From Dehalococcoidia bacterium (GTDB taxonomy: Bacteria; Chloroflexota; Dehalococcoidia; Plut-88900), in NCBI GenBank assembly GCA_965197645.1, contig OZ240219.1, positions 32,001 to 96,000 of the forward strand: DNA of 64,000 bases. Direction: 5' to 3'. Below are positions 19,123 to 29,046 of this stretch, one piece after another (position 1 is the stretch's first letter; each line of letters opens with the position of its first letter). The position numbers and the translations under genes are program-made. A model generated the notes under the pieces. The model worked only from the letters and a program-made list of their open reading frames with translations. It made no database searches and was not told where the DNA came from.

Positions 19123-20535
19123 TCAGAGGGCAGGGCGGCGGGTGTGCCAGTCGGTGGCGCGTTCGTAGGCGGCGGCAACCCTAAAGAGCATCGTCTCATC
19201 GAAGGGCCGGCCACCCACTTGTAGTCCTATGGGGAGGCCCGACTCCGTGAAACCGCAGGGGATGGACATCGCTGGGAAACCGGCGAGGTTGTAAGGTGTG
19301 GTGTTGGCCCGGGCCCCGAAGACTCGCTCGCGCACCTCATCTTCGCTGCTGAATCGCCTGGTGGCCTCTTCGATCGTCGGGGGTGGATTGGCCATAGTCG
19401 GAGATACCAGGGCATCCACCGTATCCAAGGCCTCGGACATCCGTCTGCGGAGGAGCTCCCTGGCCCGCTGAGCCTTGTGGTAGAGCACCGCCGGTATCAG
19501 GCTGGCGGCCGCAAGGCGGGTCCGGGCGCCGGGGTCGTACTCATCACCGCGCTCGCGAAGCAGCGCTCCGTGGACGTCGGCAGCGTCGGAATCGCACGTT
19601 GCGACGTAAATTGGCCCGGCCAGCGATAGGAGGGGTATCGAGACTTCGGTCACCTGGGCACCCAGGCTATCCATCACCTCGAGGGCCTTCTCGGTGGCCC
19701 GCCGCACCTCTGCGTCCACCTCCTCGTTGGCAATCTGCTCCTTGAGATACCCGATGCGCAGACCATCGATGCCTTTGTCGATGTCCCGCGTGTAGTCGGG
19801 GACGGGCTGCCTGCTGGAGAGGCGGTCGTTGGGGTCGTAGCCGGCCAGCGCCCCGAGAAGCAGAGCACAGTCTTTGACGGTCCTGGTCATGGGGCCGGCA
19901 ATGTCCATGGACCAGCACATGGGGAACACCCCGTACCTGCTGATCCTTCCGAAGGTGGGCCTGATTCCCACGATGCCGCACATCGATGCCGGTAATCGCA
20001 CGGACCCGCCGGTGTCCTCGCCAATGCTGGCGGAGCAGAGCCCCGCGGCGACGGAGGAACCGGACCCGGCGCTGGACCCGCCGGGGTACCGGTCCAGGTC
20101 CCAGGGGTTCCTTGGTGTGCCGTGGGGATAGTTTCGGGTATCTCCGAAGGCGAACTCTGTCATGTTCAGCTTGCCCAGGATTAGGGCGCCGGCAGTCTTC
20201 AGTCGAGCCACTACTGTGCAGTCTCTCTGGGGGACGTTTTCCGAGTAGATGGAGGAGCCGTGGGTGGTGCGGACGCCTTCGGTGTCAAACTGGTCCTTTA
20301 TCCCGATGGGAATGCCGTGTAGGGGACCTAGATACCTGCCCTGGGCTATCTCCTTTTCGGCCCTCTCCGCCGATTCCAGGGCCTGGTCGCCGGTCACGGT
20401 GATAAAGGACTTGAGCTTATCGTTCAGGCGCTCGATGCGGTCGAGATAGGTTCGGGTCAACTCTACCGGAGACACCTGCTTCGACTTGAGGAGGTCGGTC
20501 TGACGAGACAGGGGCTCAAAGGCGAGATCAGTCAT
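19123..20535 (-). CDS. Amidase signature enzyme (GatA/AtzE-like)
   Basis: GIKD, GGSSAGS, GEDTGGSVRLPAS (Ser-cisSer-Lys triad). Confidence 0.95.
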   Translation of the reverse strand: MTDLAFEPLSRQTDLLKSKQVSPVELTRTYLDRIERLNDKLKSFITVTGDQALESAERAEKEIAQGRYLGPLHGIPIGIKDQFDTEGVRTTHGSSIYSENVPQRDCTVVARLKTAGALILGKLNMTEFAFGDTRNYPHGTPRNPWDLDRYPGGSSAGSGSSVAAGLCSASIGEDTGGSVRLPASMCGIVGIRPTFGRISRYGVFPMCWSMDIAGPMTRTVKDCALLLGALAGYDPNDRLSSRQPVPDYTRDIDKGIDGLRIGYLKEQIANEEVDAEVRRATEKALEVMDSLGAQVTEVSIPLLSLAGPIYVATCDSDAADVHGALLRERGDEYDPGARTRLAAASLIPAVLYHKAQRARELLRRRMSEALDTVDALVSPTMANPPPTIEEATRRFSSEDEVRERVFGARANTTPYNLAGFPAMSIPCGFTESGLPIGLQVGGRPFDETMLFRVAAAYERATDWHTRRPAL

Positions 20536-20758
20536 CGCGGTTCGCCTCATCGCCGGTCATCAGGGGCAGGGGATCGACTCCCCGTAGTTCATCGTCGTCC
20601 AGCTGAGAAAGCCCTTCGGAGAGGGCGTTCAGCCTGAACCGGACCTCTTCCCTATCGGGCTTGCTGAGGTTGAACCCAGCCGCCTTGAGGAGGCGATCGA
20701 TCTCGGGTTGCTCGAACTTCAAGACATGACGGTTTGACGGCATTCCTGCACCCCCCAT
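20528..20758 (-). CDS. Small GatC/AtzG-like amidase partner
   Basis: About 70 aa, helical, LSQLDDDELRGVDP; overlaps the amidase start. Confidence 0.6.
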   Translation of the reverse strand: MGGAGMPSNRHVLKFEQPEIDRLLKAAGFNLSKPDREEVRFRLNALSEGLSQLDDDELRGVDPLPLMTGDEANRDD

Positions 20759-20884
20759 CGCAGCATCATTGTGTCCTCAACGCACCCTCAAGTCAATCGC
20801 CCCTCAAGTGGCGATTCGACGAGGGATTATGGTATCATCGTCATCGATTAGAGAGCCCACCATCCAATTCATTGGGGAGGCCAG

Positions 20885-21241
20885 ATGGACGTAATCACCA
20901 TCAGCGAGGTACCGGAAGACGACACCCCACGTCCAATATTCGATGGCAGGGTAACTATGCAGCCGCTTGTGACTGAAGAGATGTCGAAAATCCTGGGCAT
21001 GGCGGCCGTCAACTTCAGCCCAGGCGCCAGGACCAAACTACACACCCACGATTACGATCAGGTGTTGCTGGGGACCGCCGGCAAGGGGATACTGGCCACG
21101 GAGACCGAGGAGCACGTGGTCACACCCGGAGTGCTGGTCCACGTCCCAACCGGTGAGAAGCACTGGCACGGGGCAACCAAAGACTCGTCCTTCACTCACG
21201 TCGCAGTAAACCTGCCTGGTGAGACCAGGATACTCGAGTAA
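20885..21241 (+). CDS. Cupin domain protein
   Basis: PGARTKLHTH..GEKHWHGA. Confidence 0.9.
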   Translation: MDVITISEVPEDDTPRPIFDGRVTMQPLVTEEMSKILGMAAVNFSPGARTKLHTHDYDQVLLGTAGKGILATETEEHVVTPGVLVHVPTGEKHWHGATKDSSFTHVAVNLPGETRILE

Positions 21242-21308
21242 CGGTCACTGTTGTCGCCAACAGCATCCAAGCTCATGGAGGACTGGATGCTAGGGAAAGA
21301 GGTACGCC

Positions 21309-21725
21309 GTGGAGTGCCCACGGGATAGTACAGAGCTCCAAGTGGAGAGATACCAGGGCATAGAGATCGACAAGTGCCCCAGGTGCGAAGGCATATGGCT
21401 AGATCATCCCGAGCTGGACCAACTCGAGGACACGGTTTTCGACAAGGACGAGCTCAAGGGGATGATGGAGTACAGCCAAAGGCGCAGCGACATCCAGTGT
21501 CCCAGATGCGACGGACGCATGACGATCTTCAACTACCGGGCCTATAACCTACCGATAGATTCGTGCGACCTGGACCACGGGTTCTGGCTCGACAAAGGGG
21601 AGGAGAGGCAAGTCCAGGAACTGATGAAGAAACGCATCAAGGACCTGGACCGCTCCAAGAAAGCGGAGGCCGAGTGGTTCGGCTTCCTCAACAAGCTCAG
21701 CAAAGGGAAGCGGAAATGGTTCTAG
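21309..21725 (+). CDS. Double zf-TFIIB-like zinc-finger protein
   Basis: CPRD..IDKCPRCEGIWLD and CPRC..IDSC..HGFWLD. Confidence 0.85.
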   Translation: MECPRDSTELQVERYQGIEIDKCPRCEGIWLDHPELDQLEDTVFDKDELKGMMEYSQRRSDIQCPRCDGRMTIFNYRAYNLPIDSCDLDHGFWLDKGEERQVQELMKKRIKDLDRSKKAEAEWFGFLNKLSKGKRKWF

Positions 21726-21782
21726 GTTGCTCCTCCTCGGGTGACGTAGGGGAGACCAACCCGTTAGCTAGAGGGATGGGGC

Positions 21783-22088
21783 ATGCTTGTTAGAGTATTA
21801 ATCGAAAGGCAGATCAAGCCGGGCAAAGAGGACGAGGCCCGAGAGTTGGTAGTGGAGATGAGGGAATCGGCCATTCCGCAGTCCGGCTACGTTTCCGGGG
21901 AAACCCTAGAGGACATCAACGATCCGAGATGCGTGGTGATCATCAGTACATGGCACGCCACGGAAGACTGGCAGAGGTGGGAGTCCAGCGAGAAGCACCA
22001 GGACCTGATCTCCAGGATCAATCCGTTGCTGGAGACCCCGGCTAACGTTAGAATCTGCGTCAACCCGTGGGACGCGCTCTCCGAATAG
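21783..22088 (+). CDS. Antibiotic biosynthesis monooxygenase (ABM) family
   Basis: QSGYVSGETL..ISTW..WQRW. Confidence 0.85.
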   Translation: MLVRVLIERQIKPGKEDEARELVVEMRESAIPQSGYVSGETLEDINDPRCVVIISTWHATEDWQRWESSEKHQDLISRINPLLETPANVRICVNPWDALSE

Positions 22089-22107
22089 AAACCTCGCCGG
22101 GAGCCGG

Positions 22108-23250
22108 CTATCTGGAGTTTCGGGCCACTACGAAGGACTCGTCGGCGAACCAGAGCCCCTCGTATTTCTGCAGCACTGTTCGAGTAGCGTCCAGGTAGGC
22201 TCCCTGGCTTATCGCCTCCTCCAGCCTTTCATCCTCTATCTGCGCCACGTAGATAGCGGCGTTCCAGCCGGCCAGTAGGGTGGATATTCCGATGTTGTCC
22301 TCCAACTCCGAAGCGCGCATATGGAGCTTGTACCGGAACTGGGACCGCCTGTCGTCGTAGCTGAGGTAGCGCAGGTCTGAGCGCTCTTCCTCAAACTGCT
22401 CCTTCAACACGTGTAGAAGCTCTCTTCTTGGCGTCTGGAAGGGGTCTTCATTGGGCCAGATGTGGCGGATGATCTCCATGCCCGGGTCCTTACCGGTGGA
22501 CTGAATGCCGATCATCCGCCCGCCGAGGGCCAGACACTGCACCAGCGGCTTCAGCACGTTCCTCACCTTCACCTGCGCTGGTAGGCGGGCCCTATAGGGC
22601 TGCGAGGCTATCACCAGATCGTAGTCGTGGTTCCTGTTGCCCTTTTGAGGGATGATGGGGTCCAGGGGCCATTTCTGGTCCTCCCGGTAGATGACCATAA
22701 CCGAAGGGTGAACGTACAAGGGATTGCCGGTCTTGGGGCTCGGGGCGGTCTGCCATTGCTGCTGGATATGGGGTTCCAGGGCCTTGATCTGCTCATCGAA
22801 CTCGAAGGCGGAGTCACCTTTCAGAGGGACCTCCAACCAGTTGAGCCGCTCCTGCGCGTCCTTTGATATGGGGTAAAGCCACGGGGCCTCCCGGTACAGC
22901 AGATTGGTTATGACCAGCACCGTCTGGGGGTGCTCGAAAAAACGATCGGGCATCTTCTCCAGGCTGATACGCACATCCTCTTGGCTAATCTCTTTGCCCA
23001 CTATCAGAAAGGGGACGGTGGGAAACCGGCGATGCAGACGCCTCATAACCCGGTTGAGGACGGTGCCGTCGCCCATACCGGCATCGAACACCTTGAGCGC
23101 CGGTGAAGTGGGATGGATGTGCCGAAACTCCATGGCGACCCGCTCTGCTATCACCCGCTTCTCGCTGCAGGTGGTGACGAAGAGGAGGTACTTCTCGCGG
23201 TTGTCGAAGAATCTAAAGGGCTGGTGATTGGAAGGGTAGCCTTCAACCAA
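22108..23250 (-). CDS. Conserved hypothetical protein, class I SAM-methyltransferase-like fold
   Basis: Motif I-like VFDAGMGDGT, YDLVIASQ, LALGG. Confidence 0.65.
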   Translation of the reverse strand: MVEGYPSNHQPFRFFDNREKYLLFVTTCSEKRVIAERVAMEFRHIHPTSPALKVFDAGMGDGTVLNRVMRRLHRRFPTVPFLIVGKEISQEDVRISLEKMPDRFFEHPQTVLVITNLLYREAPWLYPISKDAQERLNWLEVPLKGDSAFEFDEQIKALEPHIQQQWQTAPSPKTGNPLYVHPSVMVIYREDQKWPLDPIIPQKGNRNHDYDLVIASQPYRARLPAQVKVRNVLKPLVQCLALGGRMIGIQSTGKDPGMEIIRHIWPNEDPFQTPRRELLHVLKEQFEEERSDLRYLSYDDRRSQFRYKLHMRASELEDNIGISTLLAGWNAAIYVAQIEDERLEEAISQGAYLDATRTVLQKYEGLWFADESFVVARNSR

Positions 23251-24250
23251 CGAGGAAGCCCTCCTTCAGGGGGTCTCTGGCGTCGATGAAGAACTGGTGG
23301 GTGCCGGTGATGTATGCCGAGCCGGTGATCTCCGGCACGATGGCTGGATAGCCATCGACGCTGGTCTCCTCGATGATTCTGGACTTGAAGGTGGTGCCGA
23401 CGATGCTCTGGTAGACGAACTCCTCGTCTACGCCTATTTCGCCGCGATGGTGCATCAGTGCCAGTTTGGCGGAGGTGCCGGTACCGCAGGGCGAGCGATC
23501 GTAGGCGTGTTGGGCGAACACCATGATATTTTGTGCATCCACTCCCGGGGTCGGGCTCGGGGCGTACATTTCGACGCCATGGAGGTTCGTGATACCGGCT
23601 TCGGTGGGATGCTTCAGCTCAAGCTGCTCCTTGGCAGCGTTTCGAAAAGCGATTCCCCGGTCGATGAGAGTCCGGACGGCGCCTGGCGACAGCTCCAACC
23701 CCAGCCGCTCTGCCGGAATCAGGGCGAAGAAATTGCCTCCGAAGACTATGTCGGTGGACAGAGTGCTGCCTTCGAAATCTACCCTGGCATCAGGCATATA
23801 GACGAAGGAGGGCACGTTGCGGATACTTACCTCTATCACGCCTCCCTCATCATCCACTCTTGCCCTGCCTGTAACAGTGCCGGAAACGGTGTCCACGTGA
23901 ACATCGGTGTAGGGGTGTACGGCCTCGATCTGCCCGGTCTCTATGAGGGTGGTGATCAGCCCGATCGTCCCGTGGCCGCACATGGCTTCGAAGCCCATGG
24001 CGTCGATGAAGATCACACCGACGTCTCCCTCATCCGACACCGGCTCGGTGAGAACGGCGCCGACTAGATCGCTGTGCCCTCTCGGTTCCCTAATTATGGC
24101 TCTTCGAACATCGTCAAGGTGATCGTGAAAGTAGGCCTGTTTTGCGGCCATCGTATCGCCGAGGATGCGAGGCAGTCCGCCAGTCACGACGCGAGTTGCT
24201 TCCCCTGCCGTGTGAGAGTCGATAGTGGATATGAACCGTCGTGCTTTCAT
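23243..24250 (-). CDS. Proline racemase / hydroxyproline epimerase family (Cys-Cys)
   Basis: DSHTAGE, EPRGH, AMCGHG, DRSPCGTGTSA. Confidence 0.93.
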   Translation of the reverse strand: MKARRFISTIDSHTAGEATRVVTGGLPRILGDTMAAKQAYFHDHLDDVRRAIIREPRGHSDLVGAVLTEPVSDEGDVGVIFIDAMGFEAMCGHGTIGLITTLIETGQIEAVHPYTDVHVDTVSGTVTGRARVDDEGGVIEVSIRNVPSFVYMPDARVDFEGSTLSTDIVFGGNFFALIPAERLGLELSPGAVRTLIDRGIAFRNAAKEQLELKHPTEAGITNLHGVEMYAPSPTPGVDAQNIMVFAQHAYDRSPCGTGTSAKLALMHHRGEIGVDEEFVYQSIVGTTFKSRIIEETSVDGYPAIVPEITGSAYITGTHQFFIDARDPLKEGFLVG

Positions 24251-24350
24251 ATGATGACCCAGCTTGCCGTTCGGTTTCAGCACGGCATTATACACCCTGG
24301 GGCGATGATATGATTATCCCCGTTCAGTCCAGTGCTATAGGAGGAGAATC

Positions 24351-24704
24351 ATGCCGTTCTTCGATCCGACAACCGTACAGAGAAGAGAGATAGCGGAAGG
24401 CGCCTCTATCCGGCCCGTGTGGGGCGATAAGGTGATGATGGTCTACATCGATCTGAAAGATGGGGCTGTGGTGCCCCTCCACACCCATCCCCACGAGCAG
24501 ATGGGCATGGTCCTTGAGGGAGAGTTCGAGCTGGTCATCGAAGGCGAATCAAAAGTGGTCAGAGAGGGAGAGGCCTACCTGGTGCCGTCTAACCAGGAGC
24601 ATACCGCCATCGCAAACCGGGGGGATGCCCGGGCGTTGGACATATTCAGCCCGCCCCGTGAGGACTTCATACAGCTAGTCCAAGACCCGCCAGCGGACGG
24701 CTAG
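24351..24704 (+). CDS. Cupin domain protein
   Basis: PLHTHPHEQMG..EH..DIFSPPREDF. Confidence 0.9.
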   Translation: MPFFDPTTVQRREIAEGASIRPVWGDKVMMVYIDLKDGAVVPLHTHPHEQMGMVLEGEFELVIEGESKVVREGEAYLVPSNQEHTAIANRGDARALDIFSPPREDFIQLVQDPPADG

Positions 24705-25189
24705 TATAAGACTCGCCAGCGGGATAGGGGCCAGTAGACCATCCAGGCCCTGGCCTTGACCAGATCGATGGGGAAGGGGCCAAGCTGCCGGCTATCGGTG
24801 CTGCGTTCCGGGTCATCTCCCAGCAGGAAAACGTATCCCTCTCGCAGGTCCCAATGATTATCTTCGGATGAAGGGTTAGCAAGGGCAAGAGGTCCGGGAA
24901 CGGGTCCTCCGTTAACTAGGACCAACCCATCTTTGACGTCCACCGTATCGCCGGGCACGGCAACAACCCGTTTGATGAGTGGAAAGTCCCGCCTCAACGG
25001 GTGGTCGGCGAGAACGATGTGGTCTCGGACAGGGGGAGAGTGCTTGTAGGCCAGGCGGTCGAAGAGCAATCGTTCCTTCGGTTCGAGGGTCGGCGACATG
25101 CTCGTGCCCCGAACAACTACCCTCCGGGCAAGGAGAAGGCGCAAGGGCAGGCTGAGGGTCTTGTTCATTGGTAACTGGGATCTCCCCAT
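24701..25189 (-). CDS. sodX: Nickel-SOD maturation protease (S26)
   Basis: GTSMSPTL, IKRV, GDD..STDSRQLG; divergent from sodN. Confidence 0.85.
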   Translation of the reverse strand: MGRSQLPMNKTLSLPLRLLLARRVVVRGTSMSPTLEPKERLLFDRLAYKHSPPVRDHIVLADHPLRRDFPLIKRVVAVPGDTVDVKDGLVLVNGGPVPGPLALANPSSEDNHWDLREGYVFLLGDDPERSTDSRQLGPFPIDLVKARAWMVYWPLSRWRVLY

Positions 25190-25258
25190 TCCCGTTGCCC
25201 CGGCAGACCGGCGTATGGTACACTTCCGGCCACCAAACAGCTAAGAGGAGGAGTAATT

Positions 25259-25744
25259 ATGTCATTCTTCACGAGCGCCTTCGGACTGCTTAACCGCATT
25301 CTACCAGCAGAGGAGGGGCACGCTCACTGCGACATCCCGTGCGGGATATACGATCCCCACGCAGCTCAAATTGCAGCCCTCACCGCGGTCAGGATGAACC
25401 AACTGATCGATGCCATGGAGGAAGGAGCCGCAGCGGCTTCCCTAAGCCGGTACATCGCCGAGAAGGAGAGGCATGCCGAGCTGTGCAAGCACGAGCTAAG
25501 AATTCTGTGGGGCGACTACTTCAAGCCTGAGCACCTGGAAGCCTACCCCGATCTCCACGATAACGTTCACAAGGCGATGAAGGCAGCCTCCGCGGTGAAG
25601 CAGAGCAACAGCCTGCAGGCCGCCGAAGATCTGCTGGCCGCCACCCAGAACATCGCCGAGATCTTCTGGAAGAGCAAGGGCGCCGAGGTTAGCCGCCAGC
25701 CGTCCAGGCAGATCGTGGGCGGAGAGCTGGTCTACCCGGCCTAG
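25259..25744 (+). CDS. sodN: Nickel superoxide dismutase precursor
   Basis: Ni-hook HCDIPCGIYDP after a propeptide; LWGDYFK. Confidence 0.97.
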   Translation: MSFFTSAFGLLNRILPAEEGHAHCDIPCGIYDPHAAQIAALTAVRMNQLIDAMEEGAAAASLSRYIAEKERHAELCKHELRILWGDYFKPEHLEAYPDLHDNVHKAMKAASAVKQSNSLQAAEDLLAATQNIAEIFWKSKGAEVSRQPSRQIVGGELVYPA

Positions 25745-25764
25745 ACCGAGTTTCGTTAGACCTT

Positions 25765-25801
25765 CGCCCCCTCACCTGTACAGGTGAGGGGGCGGTTTTT
25801 T
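25765..25801 (+). terminator. Rho-independent terminator after sodN
   Basis: Perfect 30-bp palindrome CGCCCCCTCACCTGTACAGGTGAGGGGGCG followed by a T run. Confidence 0.85.
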
Positions 25802-25874
25802 GAGCCCCAGATTCTATTGAGAGGGTAGAGAGCCCGATGTTATACTGGCCCGTAATTTCCCCTCGGAGGTTAGG

Positions 25875-27017
25875 ATGAAGGTTTCGTGTCTCCAGGAGAA
25901 CCTTAATGAAGGCTTGGGCGTGATCGGCCGGGCCGTCGCCGCCAGGACTACACTGCCTATAACCAACAACGTTCTCATCGCTACCGATGAAGGCCAACTC
26001 AAGCTCTCCGCGACCAACCTGGAGATTGCGATTACGGCGTGGATCGGGGCCAAAGTGGAGGAGGAGGGGGTAACCACGGTCCCCGCCAGGCTGCTTGGCG
26101 AGTTCGTGAGCTCGCTGCCCAACGAGCAGATAAACCTGGAAGTCCCGGCCAACTCCAACAACATGAACCTGAACTGCGCCCGGTTCGAGGCGAGGATTAC
26201 GGGCAGCAGCGCCGAGGAGTTCCCTCCCATACCTACCGTCGACGAAGGCACTGCGATAGAGATGAACCCGGAACTGCTTCAAAACGCCGTCCAGAAGGTG
26301 GCCTTTGCCGCCGCCACAGAGGATTCCCGGCCCGTGCTTACCGGGGTGCAGATGGAGCTCAAAGGGGAATCCATGGTACTGGCCGCCGCCGACGGTTTCC
26401 GGCTGGCCGTCCATGAAGCATCGCTGGGAGCCCAGGTGCCTGAAGAGACCTCGGTGATCATCCCGGCCAGGACCCTCTCGGAGGTGAGCCGGCTGATAGG
26501 TGATCAGGAAGACCCCGTTTCGGTGATGGTCAACTCAGCCAAAAGCCAGGTCCTGTTCAAACTGAAGCACGCCGAGATTGTGTCTCAGCTGATTCAGGGC
26601 ACCTTCCCCAACTACGGACAGCTGATACCGAAGGAGTCCGTGTCCAAAGCGACCGTCGATGTTTCGGAGTTCGCCCGGGCCACCAAGGCGGCTTCCATAT
26701 TCGCTCGAGACGGCAGTGGGATCGTCCGTGTGCAGATGTCCGCGGCAGAGGGCGACTCATCCGGCGAGATGTCGGTTTCCGCCCGTTCGGAGGAGGTGGG
26801 AGACGACACCGGGAAAATCGATGCGGACCTCGAAGGCGACGAAGCAAAGATCGCATTCAACAGCAAGTACCTGACCGACGTCCTCAACGTCCTGAGCAAG
26901 GGTGGAGTGAGCCTGGAGACCACCAGCCCCTCCAGCCCAGGAGTCCTGCGGCCGGTGAAGTCCCCTGAAGGCACCAGCTACGTACACGTGGTCATGCCGA
27001 TGTTCGTTCAGTGGTGA
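25875..27017 (+). CDS. dnaN: DNA polymerase III beta clamp
   Basis: MKVSCLQENL, SATNLE, SRPVLTGV, ADGFRLA, HVVMPM. Confidence 0.97.
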   Translation: MKVSCLQENLNEGLGVIGRAVAARTTLPITNNVLIATDEGQLKLSATNLEIAITAWIGAKVEEEGVTTVPARLLGEFVSSLPNEQINLEVPANSNNMNLNCARFEARITGSSAEEFPPIPTVDEGTAIEMNPELLQNAVQKVAFAAATEDSRPVLTGVQMELKGESMVLAAADGFRLAVHEASLGAQVPEETSVIIPARTLSEVSRLIGDQEDPVSVMVNSAKSQVLFKLKHAEIVSQLIQGTFPNYGQLIPKESVSKATVDVSEFARATKAASIFARDGSGIVRVQMSAAEGDSSGEMSVSARSEEVGDDTGKIDADLEGDEAKIAFNSKYLTDVLNVLSKGGVSLETTSPSSPGVLRPVKSPEGTSYVHVVMPMFVQW

Positions 27018-27093
27018 GCGGACTCGTCGGGACCGCGCCTGCCCGGCGAACACCCTAAGCCCCGTCCGCTGCCTATAATCGATATCTAGGCTG

Positions 27094-27119
27094 AAGGCGC
27101 GCCTTACGGGCGCCTTTTC
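27094..27119. terminator. Hairpin between convergent dnaN and SEC-C gene
   Basis: AAGGCGC..GCGCCTT followed by TT. Confidence 0.45.
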
Positions 27120-27129
27120 GAACCCAGTG

Positions 27130-27291
<162 letters not shown>

Positions 27292-27390
27292 GGTGTTGAC
27301 TACCTAAAGGAGAGACTTCCTCTCGCGTATTGTCGCCCGTCCGGTCTGCCTCCAACCGAGATGGGGAGCCGCCGGTTCGGACCGATGTCG

Positions 27391-27690
27391 CTATCCTCCG
27401 GGCGGAACGAACTCCGGGGCAAGAACCATCCACCCCGAGCTGGAGGCGTGGCGTAGTCCGATGATCGCCTGGTACTCGGGGGAGTTGTACCAGCTCTTGG
27501 CTTGGTCGACGGACGAAAACTCGATCACCACTACAACCGGAGCCGGTTCGCCCTCCAGGGTATCCGAGTCCGGGCCGGCTGCCAGCACCTTTCCACCGTA
27601 CTGACTCACGGTGGGGCCGGCTGCTTGCGCGTATTTGGTGAAGGTATCGATGTCGTTGACGGTCTCGTTCACTACGATGTACGCAGGCAT
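27391..27690 (-). CDS. DUF1330 family protein
   Basis: MPAYIVV..YGGKVL..VIEFSS..WYNSPEYQ. Confidence 0.9.
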   Translation of the reverse strand: MPAYIVVNETVNDIDTFTKYAQAAGPTVSQYGGKVLAAGPDSDTLEGEPAPVVVVIEFSSVDQAKSWYNSPEYQAIIGLRHASSSGWMVLAPEFVPPGG

Positions 27691-28077
27691 ATTCTCCTCC
27701 AGCACTGTTTGACTATCACCTATGACAATATACCATCCGGCCTACACATGACCAGTGCGGTGACGGAAACCGGCACAGAGCTACCCTCGAAGGTGGTGGC
27801 GCAGAACACTTGCTCCGCGTCCCAGGCCATAACGGATGTCCTGGTCCCAACCGCTCGCCCTCGGACGGTCTGGTAGCTTGGGGTGATGTTACTGTCTGAG
27901 TCTTCGGACAAGGAGGCCCGTAGCCCCGCAGTCGGAAACGGAGATACCGACGTTCGCGGTCGGTTGTGCAACCTAACCCAGACCTGACATTAAGGGAAAG
28001 GAACCCGGTGGGCTCCCTCGATGCGGGGTTCTGAGGCGGGCTCTGCTATTGATGCAGACCGGTGTCTAACTTACGTC

Positions 28078-29034
28078 TCAGAGACGATTACTGCGACCGG
28101 GAGGAAGGTATTTTCGAGGGAATTTGGCCACCACCGTGTACATAAGATCGACGAAGTTGGCCAGCCTGGCCTCAGCTATATGGGAGCACAGCTGGTAGGC
28201 GGTAAATCGATCGAAGCCATAGTCCTGCTCCAACCAGACCACCAGCTCGTAGAAAGCTATGCGAGCCGCATCCTCCAGGGGACGGGCGCTGCCGGTCGTC
28301 ATTATGTGGTCGCTATTCTCGATCCGAGGGCCGCCAACGGCGCTGTTCTTTATCAGGTCAACCGAAACCGTGGCCAACGCGGGAATCTCGACGGCCACCC
28401 CCGTGATCTCGCCATCGCCCTGGGCCGCGTGCACATCTCCGGCGTAGAGATGAGCGCCTGGCACGTTGACGGGCAGGTGGACCGTGCTGCCGGCACAGAC
28501 GTCGGAGGCGTCCATATCGCCGCCATGGGGCCCAGCCGAGAGGCTGGAGACCGCCTCCATCTCCGGGGAGGTCCCTATGGTGCCGAAGAAGGGTCGCAGA
28601 GGAAGAAGAGGGATGTCCAGGTTGGGGTCGAAGACCACCCCATCAGCTTGGATCGGGTGGATAGTGACCCGTTCCGGGAGAGGTTCGTTGAGGGTCCGAG
28701 TAAAGGCGGTGCCACACAGTCCACCCCAATAGGGGATGATGGCGCTGACTCCATAGTCTCGCGCGGGTTGAATATCGTAGATGGTAACCGAGAGCCTGTC
28801 GCCTTTCTCGGCGCCTTCGACGTAGATGGGGCCAGTAAGATCGTTTACGTAGGGAAACCTGGCTTTAGACGTGATAGAGGTATCTCCCGGACCAATACGG
28901 TTACCGAATGCGTCAGCGGTTTCCACCTGAAATTTCTCGCCGGGGACGACCGACTCCAGGGGTTCCCGATAAGGACCGATCACGTAACAAGGCCCGGGAG
29001 CATCTCGCCAGGAGATTCGTTTCATCTTTTGCAC
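28078..29034 (-). CDS. Acetamidase/formamidase family
   Basis: LTGPIYVEGAEKGD, HGGDMD, GDVHAAQGDGE. Confidence 0.92.
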   Translation of the reverse strand: MQKMKRISWRDAPGPCYVIGPYREPLESVVPGEKFQVETADAFGNRIGPGDTSITSKARFPYVNDLTGPIYVEGAEKGDRLSVTIYDIQPARDYGVSAIIPYWGGLCGTAFTRTLNEPLPERVTIHPIQADGVVFDPNLDIPLLPLRPFFGTIGTSPEMEAVSSLSAGPHGGDMDASDVCAGSTVHLPVNVPGAHLYAGDVHAAQGDGEITGVAVEIPALATVSVDLIKNSAVGGPRIENSDHIMTTGSARPLEDAARIAFYELVVWLEQDYGFDRFTAYQLCSHIAEARLANFVDLMYTVVAKFPRKYLPPGRSNRL

Positions 29035-29046
29035 CTCTTCGGTGGG

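Noticed and set aside
24701-25744. sodN/sodX as a novel system
   Set aside because: Well-known NiSOD maturation pair.
25875-27017. oriC near dnaN
   Set aside because: No dnaA and no DnaA-box cluster seen.
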